Virus record (IMG/VR): IMGVR_UViG_3300037295_000153
Span: 1 to 48,633 of that record
Reading direction: 5' to 3' (one strand)
DNA: 48,633 nt
DNA from: a virus
Taxonomy: Duplodnaviria; Caudoviricetes
Shown: piece after piece, positions 1-9,584 of the stretch
Numbering within the stretch: the first letter of the stretch is position 1
Layout: the number at the start of each line of letters is the position of its first letter
Notes under the pieces: generated by a model
The model's input: only the letters and a program-made list of their open reading frames with translations
Told to the model about the DNA's origin: nothing
Databases searched by the model: none
Position numbers and translations under genes: made by a program

Positions 1-2
1 CT

Positions 3-404
3 GCTGGTGGAAGATTCGTTCCACCGTTAACCATTGCCAGGTCTGGGTTGGGGCTATCCGCTGGTCAGTATAGAATTACGGATGCAGACTACCTATCATA
101 TGTCCACACCCTTGGTGGCAGCGCCACTAGAAGCGGAAACCTTGTATCTCTAGCACCAACTAATTCATCGGGCACCGTCACCGTATCTCCACCCAAAGGG
201 GTCGTGACCAGTGCAGTCGTAAATGTAGCCCGAACCCCATACACATTCCACGCGAGCTATAATACCGTTCCATACTGCTCGTCCCATTGGCATAGTGGTC
301 AATGTGCTGCTTGGGGGGTCCATCATCAGTTTGCAGGAAATATAAAAAATGGCCCACCAGCAAGCTACTCAGACAGTGAGGGTGAGTGGTGGAGGATATG
401 GTAG
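3..404 (+). CDS. 5'-truncated ORF, probable virion/tail-fibre-like protein C-terminus
   Basis: Frame is open from base 3 (AGGRFVPPLTIARSG...), so the TTG at 48 is unlikely to be the start; Ser/Thr/Gly-rich, beta-like composition. Confidence 0.55.
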   Translation, partial: AGGRFVPPLTIARSGLGLSAGQYRITDADYLSYVHTLGGSATRSGNLVSLAPTNSSGTVTVSPPKGVVTSAVVNVARTPYTFHASYNTVPYCSSHWHSGQCAAWGVHHQFAGNIKNGPPASYSDSEGEWWRIW

Positions 405-946
405 TTGAGTTTTATCGAGACCACCCAAAATACAAGGGAAGGCTGAAAAAATACGTTTGGTATTGTGAACTTTTTGAAGGTATAGAAGATCAGGAAAATA
501 GGATTGTCCCTCAAGGATCGAATGGATACGGGGTATTTGAAGAACTCGACAACCTACCCAAAAAACCAATTAAAAAAAGTGATTTTTTCTTCTACTACCT
601 ACTTGATGGGGAAGAAGTTCTTTCAATATCAAACATACACTTACGAATAAAGTCTAAGGGTCAGGAGGATACACTTTATACCCTAATGAATAATCCAGAA
701 AACATTAGATTAACGTTTGAGGGAGTGTGTCAGATGGAGATGGAAGAAAAAATTGTGAAAGACGCTGAAGGTAACCCCAGTCCGGAACTGTCCCCGCTAG
801 TACATGCTATTCAATTTGCATTTGATACGCTGCCAGCTGATGAAGTGATCTTTGTTGCTGACATAATTGGTTTAGATCAAAAAATTATTAGAACTGAAAC
901 CGGAACTGTGAAAATAGTTCCCGCCCCATGGGATGAATCACAATAG
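398..946 (+). CDS. hypothetical protein
   Basis: Long ORF overlapping the upstream stop; ATG 398 chosen over GTG 386 tentatively (GGAGGA at 391-396 is very close to the ATG). Confidence 0.7.
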   Translation: MVVEFYRDHPKYKGRLKKYVWYCELFEGIEDQENRIVPQGSNGYGVFEELDNLPKKPIKKSDFFFYYLLDGEEVLSISNIHLRIKSKGQEDTLYTLMNNPENIRLTFEGVCQMEMEEKIVKDAEGNPSPELSPLVHAIQFAFDTLPADEVIFVADIIGLDQKIIRTETGTVKIVPAPWDESQ

Positions 947-960
947 CTGACAAGGGCCTC

Positions 961-1063
961 AAAAAGATGTTAATCTAGGTGCAGTTGACCCCCTGAATCA
1001 ACAAAAGTCTGGTAGTTAAACTGTAACCAAACCGTTATAAATAAAAAATCCTTACTTACCAAC
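961..1063 (+). repeat. diverged direct repeat copy 1 (remnant of ssb 3' end plus downstream sequence)
   Basis: Aligns by eye with 1531-1639; core TCTGGTAGTTAAA(C/T)TGTAACCAAACCGTTATAAAT differs at one base. Confidence 0.9.
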
Positions 1064-1128
1064 AAAATGACAAAAATGTGACTGGTGGGGTATCCTTACG
1101 GTATGATTTTACAGCAAACTGTGGACAG

Positions 1129-1157
1129 TTGACAATCGCCTAGCCTAATGGTAAGAT
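1129..1157 (+). promoter_or_regulatory. sigma70/SigA-type promoter for ssb
   Basis: TTGACA(1129)-17 bp-TAAGAT(1152) with TG extension. Confidence 0.75.
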
Positions 1158-1196
1158 GTGAACGTTAACAAAAAAAACACACAAAGAGGAGTTAAA

Positions 1197-1592
1197 ATGA
1201 GTAATCCAAATATTGTTCTTTCAGGAAGAATTGGAACAGATGTCGAATCAAGAACGATGCCAGATGGAACACAAAAAGCAAAGTTTCGAATAATCACATC
1301 AGACAGAAAGAAAAATCAAAACGGGGAATGGGAAGACTACAATACCTCTGGTTGGACAATCGTAGCTTGGGATAAACTAGCAATTAGAGCTATCGACAAC
1401 CTAAAAAAGGGTATGCCAGTAACAGTATCTGGACATATAGTAGAGGTATCGTGGATGGATGAAAGCGGCAATAAGAAGAGATCAACAGAAACAAAAGCAT
1501 CAGAAATTTCAATAAATCTTATTTACTTTAAAAAGGATGCTAATCTAAGTACATCCGACCCCATCTCCCCCGAATCAACAGAAATCTGGTAG
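1197..1592 (+). CDS. ssb: single-stranded DNA-binding protein, bacterial OB-fold type
   Basis: IVLSGRIGTDVESR, IVAWDKLA, LKKGMPVTVSG, SWMDESGNKKR match SSB motifs; SD GAGGAG before ATG 1197. Confidence 0.9.
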   Translation: MSNPNIVLSGRIGTDVESRTMPDGTQKAKFRIITSDRKKNQNGEWEDYNTSGWTIVAWDKLAIRAIDNLKKGMPVTVSGHIVEVSWMDESGNKKRSTETKASEISINLIYFKKDANLSTSDPISPESTEIW

Positions 1593-1639
1593 TTAAATTG
1601 TAACCAAACCGTTATAAATGAGAGTCCTTTATTTGCAAC
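1531..1639 (+). repeat. diverged direct repeat copy 2 (ssb 3' end plus downstream sequence)
   Basis: Matches 961-1063; carries 7 extra nt near 1562-1568. Confidence 0.9.
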
Positions 1640-1724
1640 GTTTTTGCATTTTTCAATTATGAAAAAAATCAAATCAGTGCTATACTGAAAGTTCACTAAA
1701 GCTTACTACAGGAGAGTATTTTAT

Positions 1725-3674
1725 ATGTCACTTATTAACGAAAATGGATCAATTGTAGATCCTTACCGAAACTTTATTCACGTTTCAAGATACAGCAGAT
1801 GGATAGAAGAAAAAGGTAGAAGAGAAACGTGGGTCGAAACGGTAGATAGATATGTTGATTTTATGAAAGACCATCTTGTAAAAAATTATAATTACGAAGA
1901 AAATGACATCAAGTTTGCTCAAGTAAAAGAAGCTATTCTAAACCATAAAGTTATGCCATCTATGAGATCCCTAATGACTGCTGGATCAGCTCTAGAAAGA
2001 GATCATATCGCTGCATACAACTGCTCGTTCATTGCAGTAGACAGCCTAAGATCATTTGATGAAGCTATGTACATTCTCATGAATGGAACTGGTGTTGGAT
2101 TCTCCGTTGAGCAAAAGTATGTAGACAATCTTCCAGCAATTGCAGAAGAGCTTTTTCCAACAAACACTACGATTGTCGTTGAAGATTCAAAGCTTGGTTG
2201 GGCAAAAGCCTATAAAGAGTTAATCGGTCTTCTCGTTACAGGTCAAATTCCAAACTGGGATATGTCAAAAGTCAGATCAGCAGGCGCAAGACTAAAAACT
2301 TTTGGAGGAAGAGCATCCGGTCCAGAGCCTCTTAGCGATCTTTTCAAGTTTACCGTGGAGCAATTTAAGATTGCCAAGGGAAGAAGATTAAAGCCTATTG
2401 AGGCTCACGATATCATGTGCAAGGTAGGAGAGGTGGTTGTGGTTGGAGGAGTACGCAGGTCAGCCTTAATTTCCCTTTCCAATCTGGATGACTTTGAAAT
2501 GGCAAAGGCAAAGTCTGGTCAGTGGTGGGAAACAGAGGGTCAGAGAGCACTTGCAAACAACTCAGCGGTCTATAACTCAAAGCCGAACACGGCTCAGTTT
2601 CTTCGGGAATGGAGAAATCTCTATGAGTCAAAATCAGGAGAACGCGGTATTTACAACATGGACTCTGTTCGCAAGCATACCGACAAGTTTGGAAGAAGAG
2701 ACTCTTCAAAGGTTGTAGGGACAAATCCTTGTGGTGAAATTTTACTTCGTGCCAATGAATTTTGCAACTTGACGGAGGTGGTGATCGACGAAAAGGATAC
2801 AGAAGAAACCTTAAAGGATAAGATTCGACTTGCCACAATCCTAGGTACCTGGCAGTCTAGCTTAACAAACTTTAAATATATTCGCAAATCCTGGAAGGAT
2901 AACTGTGAAGAGGAAAGGTTACTGGGGGTATCTTTAACTGGAATCTTTGGAAACCCCATTACAGGAACAGTACACAAGGGTCTGGGAGATATGCTCGACA
3001 GGCTCCGTGAATCAGCTGTTGAGGAAAACAAAAAAGAAGCAGAGATCCTTGGAATAAATGCATCGGTTGCCATTACGACCGTAAAGCCATCGGGAACTGT
3101 ATCTCAGCTTACAGGAGTTTCTAGTGGAATTCATCCATGGTATTCAGAATATTACATCCGTACCGTTAGGGCAGACAACAAAGATCCATTGACAGCCTTT
3201 CTTAAAGACTTCAATGTTCCTAATGAGCCAGATGTGATGAAGCCAGAAATGACAACTGTCTTTTCTTTTCCTATAAAGTCCCCAAAGAATGCGGTAGTAA
3301 CAAAAGATGTTTCAGCAATAGAGCATCTTGAGATCTGGAAGGTGTACAGAACCCACTGGACAGAACACAATCCTTCTGTAACTATCAGTGTAAAAGAAGA
3401 TGAGTGGCTAGATGTTGGAGCCTGGGTATTTAGAAACTTTAACTCTATCGGTGGAGTATCGTTCTTGCCAGCCTCAGAGCATTCTTATAAGCAAGCACCG
3501 TATCAGGAGATTACGAAAGATAGATACGAAGAGTTGTTGTCTAAAATGCCAAAAAACATACCTTGGCAATCACTCCCACTATATGAACTAGAGGACAACA
3601 CCATTGGTTCTCAAGAGCTTGCCTGTGCTGCTGGAGCTGACTCATGTGATGTTGTTGATTTAGTTTCTGCTTAA
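1725..3674 (+). CDS. nrdJ: class II (adenosylcobalamin-dependent) ribonucleotide reductase
   Basis: RRETWVETVDR, YNCSF, GTGVGFSV, GGVRRSA, TNPCGEI, FCNLTEV, TTVKPSGT, C-terminal Cys pair; no beta-subunit gene adjacent; SD AGGAG and TGCTATACT at 1678. Confidence 0.92.
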   Translation: MSLINENGSIVDPYRNFIHVSRYSRWIEEKGRRETWVETVDRYVDFMKDHLVKNYNYEENDIKFAQVKEAILNHKVMPSMRSLMTAGSALERDHIAAYNCSFIAVDSLRSFDEAMYILMNGTGVGFSVEQKYVDNLPAIAEELFPTNTTIVVEDSKLGWAKAYKELIGLLVTGQIPNWDMSKVRSAGARLKTFGGRASGPEPLSDLFKFTVEQFKIAKGRRLKPIEAHDIMCKVGEVVVVGGVRRSALISLSNLDDFEMAKAKSGQWWETEGQRALANNSAVYNSKPNTAQFLREWRNLYESKSGERGIYNMDSVRKHTDKFGRRDSSKVVGTNPCGEILLRANEFCNLTEVVIDEKDTEETLKDKIRLATILGTWQSSLTNFKYIRKSWKDNCEEERLLGVSLTGIFGNPITGTVHKGLGDMLDRLRESAVEENKKEAEILGINASVAITTVKPSGTVSQLTGVSSGIHPWYSEYYIRTVRADNKDPLTAFLKDFNVPNEPDVMKPEMTTVFSFPIKSPKNAVVTKDVSAIEHLEIWKVYRTHWTEHNPSVTISVKEDEWLDVGAWVFRNFNSIGGVSFLPASEHSYKQAPYQEITKDRYEELLSKMPKNIPWQSLPLYELEDNTIGSQELACAAGADSCDVVDLVSA

Positions 3675-3688
3675 ATAGGTTGGTCGGT

Positions 3689-3721
3689 AAGGCGGGACGG
3701 CGCATGAGGCTGTCCCGCTTT
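3689..3721 (+). terminator. GC-rich hairpin after nrdJ
   Basis: AAGGCGGGACGGC / GCTGTCCCGCTTT stem, short T run. Confidence 0.7.
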
Positions 3722-3729
3722 GCTATAAT
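3721..3729 (+). promoter_or_regulatory. extended -10 promoter TGCTATAAT
   Basis: Between terminator and SD AGGAGG of the 3745 gene; same motif recurs before many genes. Confidence 0.75.
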
Positions 3730-3744
3730 TGGGTAGGAGGTCAA

Positions 3745-6700
3745 ATGAGTAACGTTTCTAATCTTTATGCAGCAAAGGTTTACTCAGAACACCCCCTTGC
3801 AATATGGCCTCTGGACGACGATGTTTCGTATGTTTCATTGATTACAAATGAGCAGAGATCTTTTGAGGCAGCCTCACCTTACTCAGGGTGGACAGTCCTA
3901 AGTGGATCGGCAAACGACTCCCTATCCTTGCCAAATGAGGGATCTCCGTTCAACAGCAACGCCTACTCTGGGATTCAGGGTGATGTTCCGGCCACCAACG
4001 GAACAATCGTAGAGGCAAAAAGCCCAGACCTGTTTATGTTTAGTGATTGTAGCCAGGAATTAGAAACATTTTCTATAGGGATGTATCTATATCAGGACAC
4101 TATATATTCCACTCAGCATGAGTTTGGGTATGAGTATTATGACGAAGGAACATCTTCTTGGGTTGAGGTCTTAAGCGTTGTAGATTCTACTCCCAGCAAG
4201 GGGTGGATACATCTTCAAGATACCTTTACAATCCAAGAATTTGATTTAGACTACTGCCGATTAATTTTTAGGTCAACGGTAAACACGGGGGGCACCACAG
4301 GAGACTACAACTTTATTTTTAATGGGATAACTGTCGGCCAGTGGTCGGAAACAACTTCTTCAGAAAGTCTGGGGGCAACGGTAGAAAGCCCACCACTATC
4401 TTCTGGTATATCCAACAACGTCGTCCCGGCAGATCAGTATGGAGTTCTTTCAGAAAGTGCATACTATGTTGTTGAGAGCGGAAAGCTTTTGGCAAAAAAT
4501 GAGGGAATCCCAATGATCTTTGGGTCTGAGAATGTAACTAAGATTTACCCATCTACAGACGGAACCCCATCCCTTATTTTTCCAAATAAAACAATGTTTT
4601 CGGAAAGCGGAAGGTATAAAAGCCAAACCCTTGAGTTTTGGCTAAAGATAAGACCACTAACAAAAGAATCAAGAAGGATTGTTGGACCCCTAGACACAAA
4701 TGATGGAGTGTATGTATCTGCTGGATTTATAACCCTGGTTGTAGACAGCAAGTTTGTATCTCACAATGTTTCTAGCTGGTACAGACCCATGATCATCCAC
4801 CTTTCAATAAAAAATGATACAGTTTCCATGATCATTAATGGCGAACAGGTGGGTCAGATAAGCGTTAACAAAAAAACAATGGCTCTTTCACAGAGCAGCT
4901 GGATGGGGGTATACAGCTATGAAGACATAGATATTTTGGAAATTGACTGTATATCTATCTCTCCCTACGCAATCCCACTTCAGCTTTCTAAAAAAAGATT
5001 TGTTTGGGGACAGGGGGTAGATCCTCTAGAGCTAGTAAACGACTCGTTTGATGGAGAAGAGTCAATCGTAAACTTCTCAAACTCAAATTATACGGCTAAC
5101 AAGATATATCCAGATGTGGAAAGATGGGATGCAGGACACTATAACAATCTAGTTGCAACAACAAATTCTATCTCTGTTCCGGAATATGCTTTGCCAGATA
5201 TATATTTAGGGGGGAGAGGAACTCCAGAATGGTATTTAGACAACAAGGCATTAAACAGTCTTTTATACCCATTAGGAAACCATCCCCTGTTTTTTACCTT
5301 TAGACCAAACATTGAGAGCAGCATCTGGGAACCAGTTTCTGGAACAAATTGGACAGAGCCATGCTATCTTAATTTTCAAGACTTAACCTTTCTTGCAAAC
5401 CCGGTGAGCGCAATTTATGGAATATTTGAGGTAGAGTCTGAGGTTTTATCAAAAAGACCACTCATTCATATAGTAAACACTCTAAACAACAAGAGATTTG
5501 AAATTAATATAACGGGATATGACATAACTTATGAATTTGATGGACAAGAGCTTCCAGGAACCGCATTCTCCGTATTAAACGAACACTTTGTCGTAGGATT
5601 TAACATCCCCCAACTTTCAGAAAATTTTAACTACGAGCTTTCATCATTCTTCAGTTCCCCAGAAGTGCTTAGCCTGTATATTGGAGGCGACGGAGTAAAC
5701 ACCTTTGAGGGGAAAATTTATAGAATTGGTTTTGCAGATCAAAAAAACTTCTCTAAAATATCAGAATACTTTCAGGAAAGTGGAATTTCAGATAACTCTG
5801 CTCAGTCCCTGATTGAGCTTCACTACTCATCATATACCCTATCACCATTTTTTAGATATGGTACATACTTCTTGGACATATCTGTTTCTTCTGAGTGGGA
5901 AGAGTACTTCCCCCTATCGTATTTTTCCTCATACATAACAAAAAGAGATGGTTCTAGGGGGTACGACTTAGACTACTTGCAGTTTAATTTTGGATATCCA
6001 TCCCTTATAGAAATAATACAGGAGATGGTGGACAATCCAGACTGGATATATCAACAACTCTTTGAGGCATACAACGATCCAATACAAAAAAGCTATGAGA
6101 TGTTAGACAATGAGGTTATAAGCGGCTATGTAACGTATTCAGATTTATCCTCCAACATTGTTACAGAATACAAGATCGATACAACTCAGTCATCACTAGA
6201 TGCATACGCTACCTTTCAGTTGCTTGCGGAGGGCGCAGACGAGCCACTGTCTAGCTTCATTTACTCAAAAACTCTGACAGACTCCTACACTGTCTATGCC
6301 AATGAACAAAACACCAACCTGGACCCCTACAAAGCATACAAGACAAAATTTGGGGTTATTGATGGAACGATTATCTATCCTCCAAAAAATATTAATTTTA
6401 AGGATGTGGCTGTTGTCATACATCTAAAAATTGAACAAGATGGAATAATAAGCAACCCTTTAAAAATAAAAAATCTTGAAATTACGTCTAGATCTCTTAA
6501 TGAAAACGGCTTAACACCAATAGGAACAAAAACCGGAAATTCAATTTACCCATATGTAAAGAATGGGATATATTATAGCGGTAAGTCAAAAAACCCAGTT
6601 ATGATCAACAAAGATAGCCTTCCGTACCTATACACGACAGAAACTAGTGGGATTAGAGTTCTTGAAAAAGGACAAAACAAGGAGTACGGAGTATCGGTAC

Positions 6701-7407
6701 CAATAAACAAATCTAAGTCAGATAACTACCTGCTGGGAGCATTCCAACTATTCTTAAAGTATGATCAGTTTAAGGAATCCATGGTTCCTCAAGTGATGTT
6801 TAGTTTATTGCATGGAAATGGAGTTGTTGAGTTTTTAATAAACACAGACCAAACACTAAAAAGATTTAAAATTACAGCGAGGGATCAGCTAACAAGATCA
6901 GAATACCCAGGAATATCTTTTTATCAAAATGGAATAAAGATAACAAACCCATACTTGTCCAAGAATGAATGGAACGTTATTTCCGTACTTTTTGACGATC
7001 CAATAGACCTTAGTAGCCAGTCTGGATCTATAAACCTTCTTTCTGGATGTACCTACAACAACATCTCCTTCTTCAAATCGACAGGTCTTAATCAATTTGG
7101 TGTAATAGTTCCTAGACTGTGGCAGGATGTTCTTTATGGGGATCAGGATCAGATACCTGGAAACATTGTCGACTGGGCACAGGTATACGATGAAGGCGGC
7201 CTGCTACCTGATCCAAATGACTGGAAAAGTGTCTATGTCTTGGGTGAAGCCGTCCGATTCTCTACTACTCCAAAAGAAATATATTCTACCTACATGGGGA
7301 CAAATATCGTTGTTGTGGATGACGACACTGGAATGTCTGTCACCAATGACGACTTTTCAGTCTACGCAGACCAAACATGGCTAAGCATAGTCAACAAACC
7401 AGTATAG
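3745..7407 (+). CDS. large virion structural protein with LamG/concanavalin-like segments
   Basis: 1220 aa, acidic and beta-rich; PLAIWPLDD, TLEFWLKI, SMIINGEQV, LYIGG..FEGKI resemble LamG-like strands; upstream of portal. Confidence 0.6.
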   Translation: MSNVSNLYAAKVYSEHPLAIWPLDDDVSYVSLITNEQRSFEAASPYSGWTVLSGSANDSLSLPNEGSPFNSNAYSGIQGDVPATNGTIVEAKSPDLFMFSDCSQELETFSIGMYLYQDTIYSTQHEFGYEYYDEGTSSWVEVLSVVDSTPSKGWIHLQDTFTIQEFDLDYCRLIFRSTVNTGGTTGDYNFIFNGITVGQWSETTSSESLGATVESPPLSSGISNNVVPADQYGVLSESAYYVVESGKLLAKNEGIPMIFGSENVTKIYPSTDGTPSLIFPNKTMFSESGRYKSQTLEFWLKIRPLTKESRRIVGPLDTNDGVYVSAGFITLVVDSKFVSHNVSSWYRPMIIHLSIKNDTVSMIINGEQVGQISVNKKTMALSQSSWMGVYSYEDIDILEIDCISISPYAIPLQLSKKRFVWGQGVDPLELVNDSFDGEESIVNFSNSNYTANKIYPDVERWDAGHYNNLVATTNSISVPEYALPDIYLGGRGTPEWYLDNKALNSLLYPLGNHPLFFTFRPNIESSIWEPVSGTNWTEPCYLNFQDLTFLANPVSAIYGIFEVESEVLSKRPLIHIVNTLNNKRFEINITGYDITYEFDGQELPGTAFSVLNEHFVVGFNIPQLSENFNYELSSFFSSPEVLSLYIGGDGVNTFEGKIYRIGFADQKNFSKISEYFQESGISDNSAQSLIELHYSSYTLSPFFRYGTYFLDISVSSEWEEYFPLSYFSSYITKRDGSRGYDLDYLQFNFGYPSLIEIIQEMVDNPDWIYQQLFEAYNDPIQKSYEMLDNEVISGYVTYSDLSSNIVTEYKIDTTQSSLDAYATFQLLAEGADEPLSSFIYSKTLTDSYTVYANEQNTNLDPYKAYKTKFGVIDGTIIYPPKNINFKDVAVVIHLKIEQDGIISNPLKIKNLEITSRSLNENGLTPIGTKTGNSIYPYVKNGIYYSGKSKNPVMINKDSLPYLYTTETSGIRVLEKGQNKEYGVSVPINKSKSDNYLLGAFQLFLKYDQFKESMVPQVMFSLLHGNGVVEFLINTDQTLKRFKITARDQLTRSEYPGISFYQNGIKITNPYLSKNEWNVISVLFDDPIDLSSQSGSINLLSGCTYNNISFFKSTGLNQFGVIVPRLWQDVLYGDQDQIPGNIVDWAQVYDEGGLLPDPNDWKSVYVLGEAVRFSTTPKEIYSTYMGTNIVVVDDDTGMSVTNDDFSVYADQTWLSIVNKPV

Positions 7408-7424
7408 TCTGCTATAATCTAACC

Positions 7425-7793
7425 ATGAGTAATACAAAAAAATCAAAACTTGGTAAGTCAAAGGCCACAGTAATAAACAAAGCCTATGATTGGGGTTTAT
7501 ACTTCTGGAAATTACCCACGGGACATCTATTTAATGATGGTCAGGGAAACATGCTAAACATTCCATCAATGAGAAACGATATCTCAAAGATGGCAGAGCT
7601 TAGAAAAGCAGCAGCTGGTTATGGTCAACCAGAAGGAACCCCCTGGTTCTACCCAGGTATCAAGAGAACCACAGATGATCAGTATGCAGAGCAGCTGGAT
7701 AGAATGAAAAACGGACTAATTCCAAACATAAACGATATGGGTGCAGTGTATGATGCACAACAAACCCTAAAGAAGCACGGAGATGAAGGTTAA
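7425..7793 (+). CDS. hypothetical protein, probably leaderless
   Basis: TGCTATAAT at 7410-7418 with ATG 7 nt later and no SD; stop overlaps portal start (TAATG). Confidence 0.75.
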   Translation: MSNTKKSKLGKSKATVINKAYDWGLYFWKLPTGHLFNDGQGNMLNIPSMRNDISKMAELRKAAAGYGQPEGTPWFYPGIKRTTDDQYAEQLDRMKNGLIPNINDMGAVYDAQQTLKKHGDEG

Positions 7794-9430
7794 TGGAAGA
7801 TCAAAGAATAAATATCTCCTATTCGGATGAAGTGGAAGAGGATAGAACTTTTCAAGAAAAGGACATATTCAACAAGTCCTGGGATGAACTAAAAGATCTT
7901 AATGGAATAAACCTTAATTTTAAAAGAAGGACAACCCGATCAGAGAACAAGATAGATAAAAGATATTATGACATTCCAAAAGATCAGGAAGGTCGAGTGT
8001 CTGGAAAGTACGCAGAGGATGCCGGGGTTAGGTCAAGGGGAGCAGGAGGCACAGAGTCAAAGCAGCTAAATCCAGGAGAAGTTTTTAGAAATGGATACGG
8101 TCTTTTCGATGTAATCACACCACCGTACAATCTTTACGAACTTGCCAATTTTTACGATAGCAACTTTGCAAACCATGCCGCAATTGATGCAAAAGTTTCA
8201 AACACGGTAGGCCTTGGGTACAGATTTGAAACGGCAAAAGACGTTATCCTTCGAATGGAAGACATGGATGTTGAGAGTGCTAGACTAAAGGCTAAGAAAA
8301 GAATAGAGCGCATTAAAGGTGACGCTATTGAGTGGTTAGAAAGCCTAAATGACGACGACAGCTTTATCACTACCATGGAGAAAGTTGATTTAGACTTGGA
8401 GTCAACTGGAAATGCCTATCTAGAAATAGGAAGGTCTGTAACGGGTGAAGTTGGATATGTTGGACATATTCCTGCAACAACTATGAGAGTCAGAAGGCTA
8501 AGGGATGGATTTACTCAAATAATCAGCGGCAAGGTTGTTTATTTCCGCAACTTTAACGCAACGAATCAAAATCCAATTACTGATGATCCAAGACCAAACG
8601 AGGTTATTCACTTTAAATCATACTCACCCCTAAATACATTTTACGGGGTTCCTGATATTATATCTGCTTACTTGTCACTTAAGGGAGACCAGTTGGCCTC
8701 ACAGTACAATATTGATTACTTTGAAAACAAAGCTGTTCCAAGATATATTGTCGTCGTAAAGGGGGCAAGGTTAGATTCAGAATCAGAAGACAGATTGTTT
8801 AGATTCTTGCAGACTGGGCTAAAGGGGCAAAATCATAGAACCTTGTATGTTCCTCTTCCAGCAGATCAGGAGGGAAACAAGATAGACTTCACAATGATTC
8901 CCGTAGAGGCAAATGTTCAAGAGGCGTCGTTTGACGCATACCGCGAAAAGAACCGGAACGACATCCTTATGGCTCACCAAGTACCACTCTCTAAGCTTGG
9001 AGGGGTTGATTCTGGAGGATTGGCAGCAGCAATGTCCCAGGATCGTACATTTAAGGAACAGGTGACGAGACCAGCACAGAGATATATTGAAAAAATAGTC
9101 TCCAAAATCATTAAGACTAAGACAGATCTCATTGACCTTAAGTTTAACGAGCTGACTCTTACCGACGAAGTGGCTCAATCTCAAATACTCGAAAGGTTTG
9201 TTAAGTCTCAAATACTTCTTCCAGACGAGGCAAGAGAGAAAATTGACATGCCAACAAGATCAGATGGCAAGGGCGGAACACCACTAGAGCTTTCTGCAAG
9301 GCAGGGAATAGACGCAAGAGCAAACGCTTCTCAGAATAGGCAGAGAGACTCTGAAAGAACAAACAACAATTCTGACAGCGTAGCAACGACTACGGGAAGA
9401 AATGCTCAGGGTGAAGGCAGAAAGGTATAA
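7793..9430 (+). CDS. portal protein
   Basis: DLESTGNAYLE, EVIHFK..SP...YGVPD, YFENKAVP, ILMAHQVP, EAREKI portal motifs; precedes protease and capsid. Confidence 0.9.
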   Translation: MEDQRINISYSDEVEEDRTFQEKDIFNKSWDELKDLNGINLNFKRRTTRSENKIDKRYYDIPKDQEGRVSGKYAEDAGVRSRGAGGTESKQLNPGEVFRNGYGLFDVITPPYNLYELANFYDSNFANHAAIDAKVSNTVGLGYRFETAKDVILRMEDMDVESARLKAKKRIERIKGDAIEWLESLNDDDSFITTMEKVDLDLESTGNAYLEIGRSVTGEVGYVGHIPATTMRVRRLRDGFTQIISGKVVYFRNFNATNQNPITDDPRPNEVIHFKSYSPLNTFYGVPDIISAYLSLKGDQLASQYNIDYFENKAVPRYIVVVKGARLDSESEDRLFRFLQTGLKGQNHRTLYVPLPADQEGNKIDFTMIPVEANVQEASFDAYREKNRNDILMAHQVPLSKLGGVDSGGLAAAMSQDRTFKEQVTRPAQRYIEKIVSKIIKTKTDLIDLKFNELTLTDEVAQSQILERFVKSQILLPDEAREKIDMPTRSDGKGGTPLELSARQGIDARANASQNRQRDSERTNNNSDSVATTTGRNAQGEGRKV

Positions 9431-9470
9431 TTGTAACAGTTTTATAAAATGCTGTTATAATATAAACAAT

Positions 9471-9584
9471 ATGAATAAAAGTTATGTGAATGTTTGTTCT
9501 GCCACCCCAAAAGGTGTTTACGGTCAAACACTCTCGCTAAGTTCACATATATGTTCAGGAAAAGATGTGCTGTCTTATGTCTAG
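9471..9584 (+). CDS. possible 37-aa upstream ORF (MNKSYVNVCSATPKGVYGQTLSLSSHICSGKDVLSYV)
   Basis: ATG 9 nt after TGTTATAAT (9453-9461); stop overlaps protease ATG (ATGTCTAG). Confidence 0.3.
   Translation: MNKSYVNVCSATPKGVYGQTLSLSSHICSGKDVLSYV

Noticed and set aside
961-1639. Direct repeat as att sites or IS target duplication
   Set aside because: No integrase or transposase; repeat is diverged and derives from ssb coding sequence
1634-1665. Short AT-rich palindromes upstream of nrdJ
   Set aside because: Too short and low-complexity to distinguish from chance
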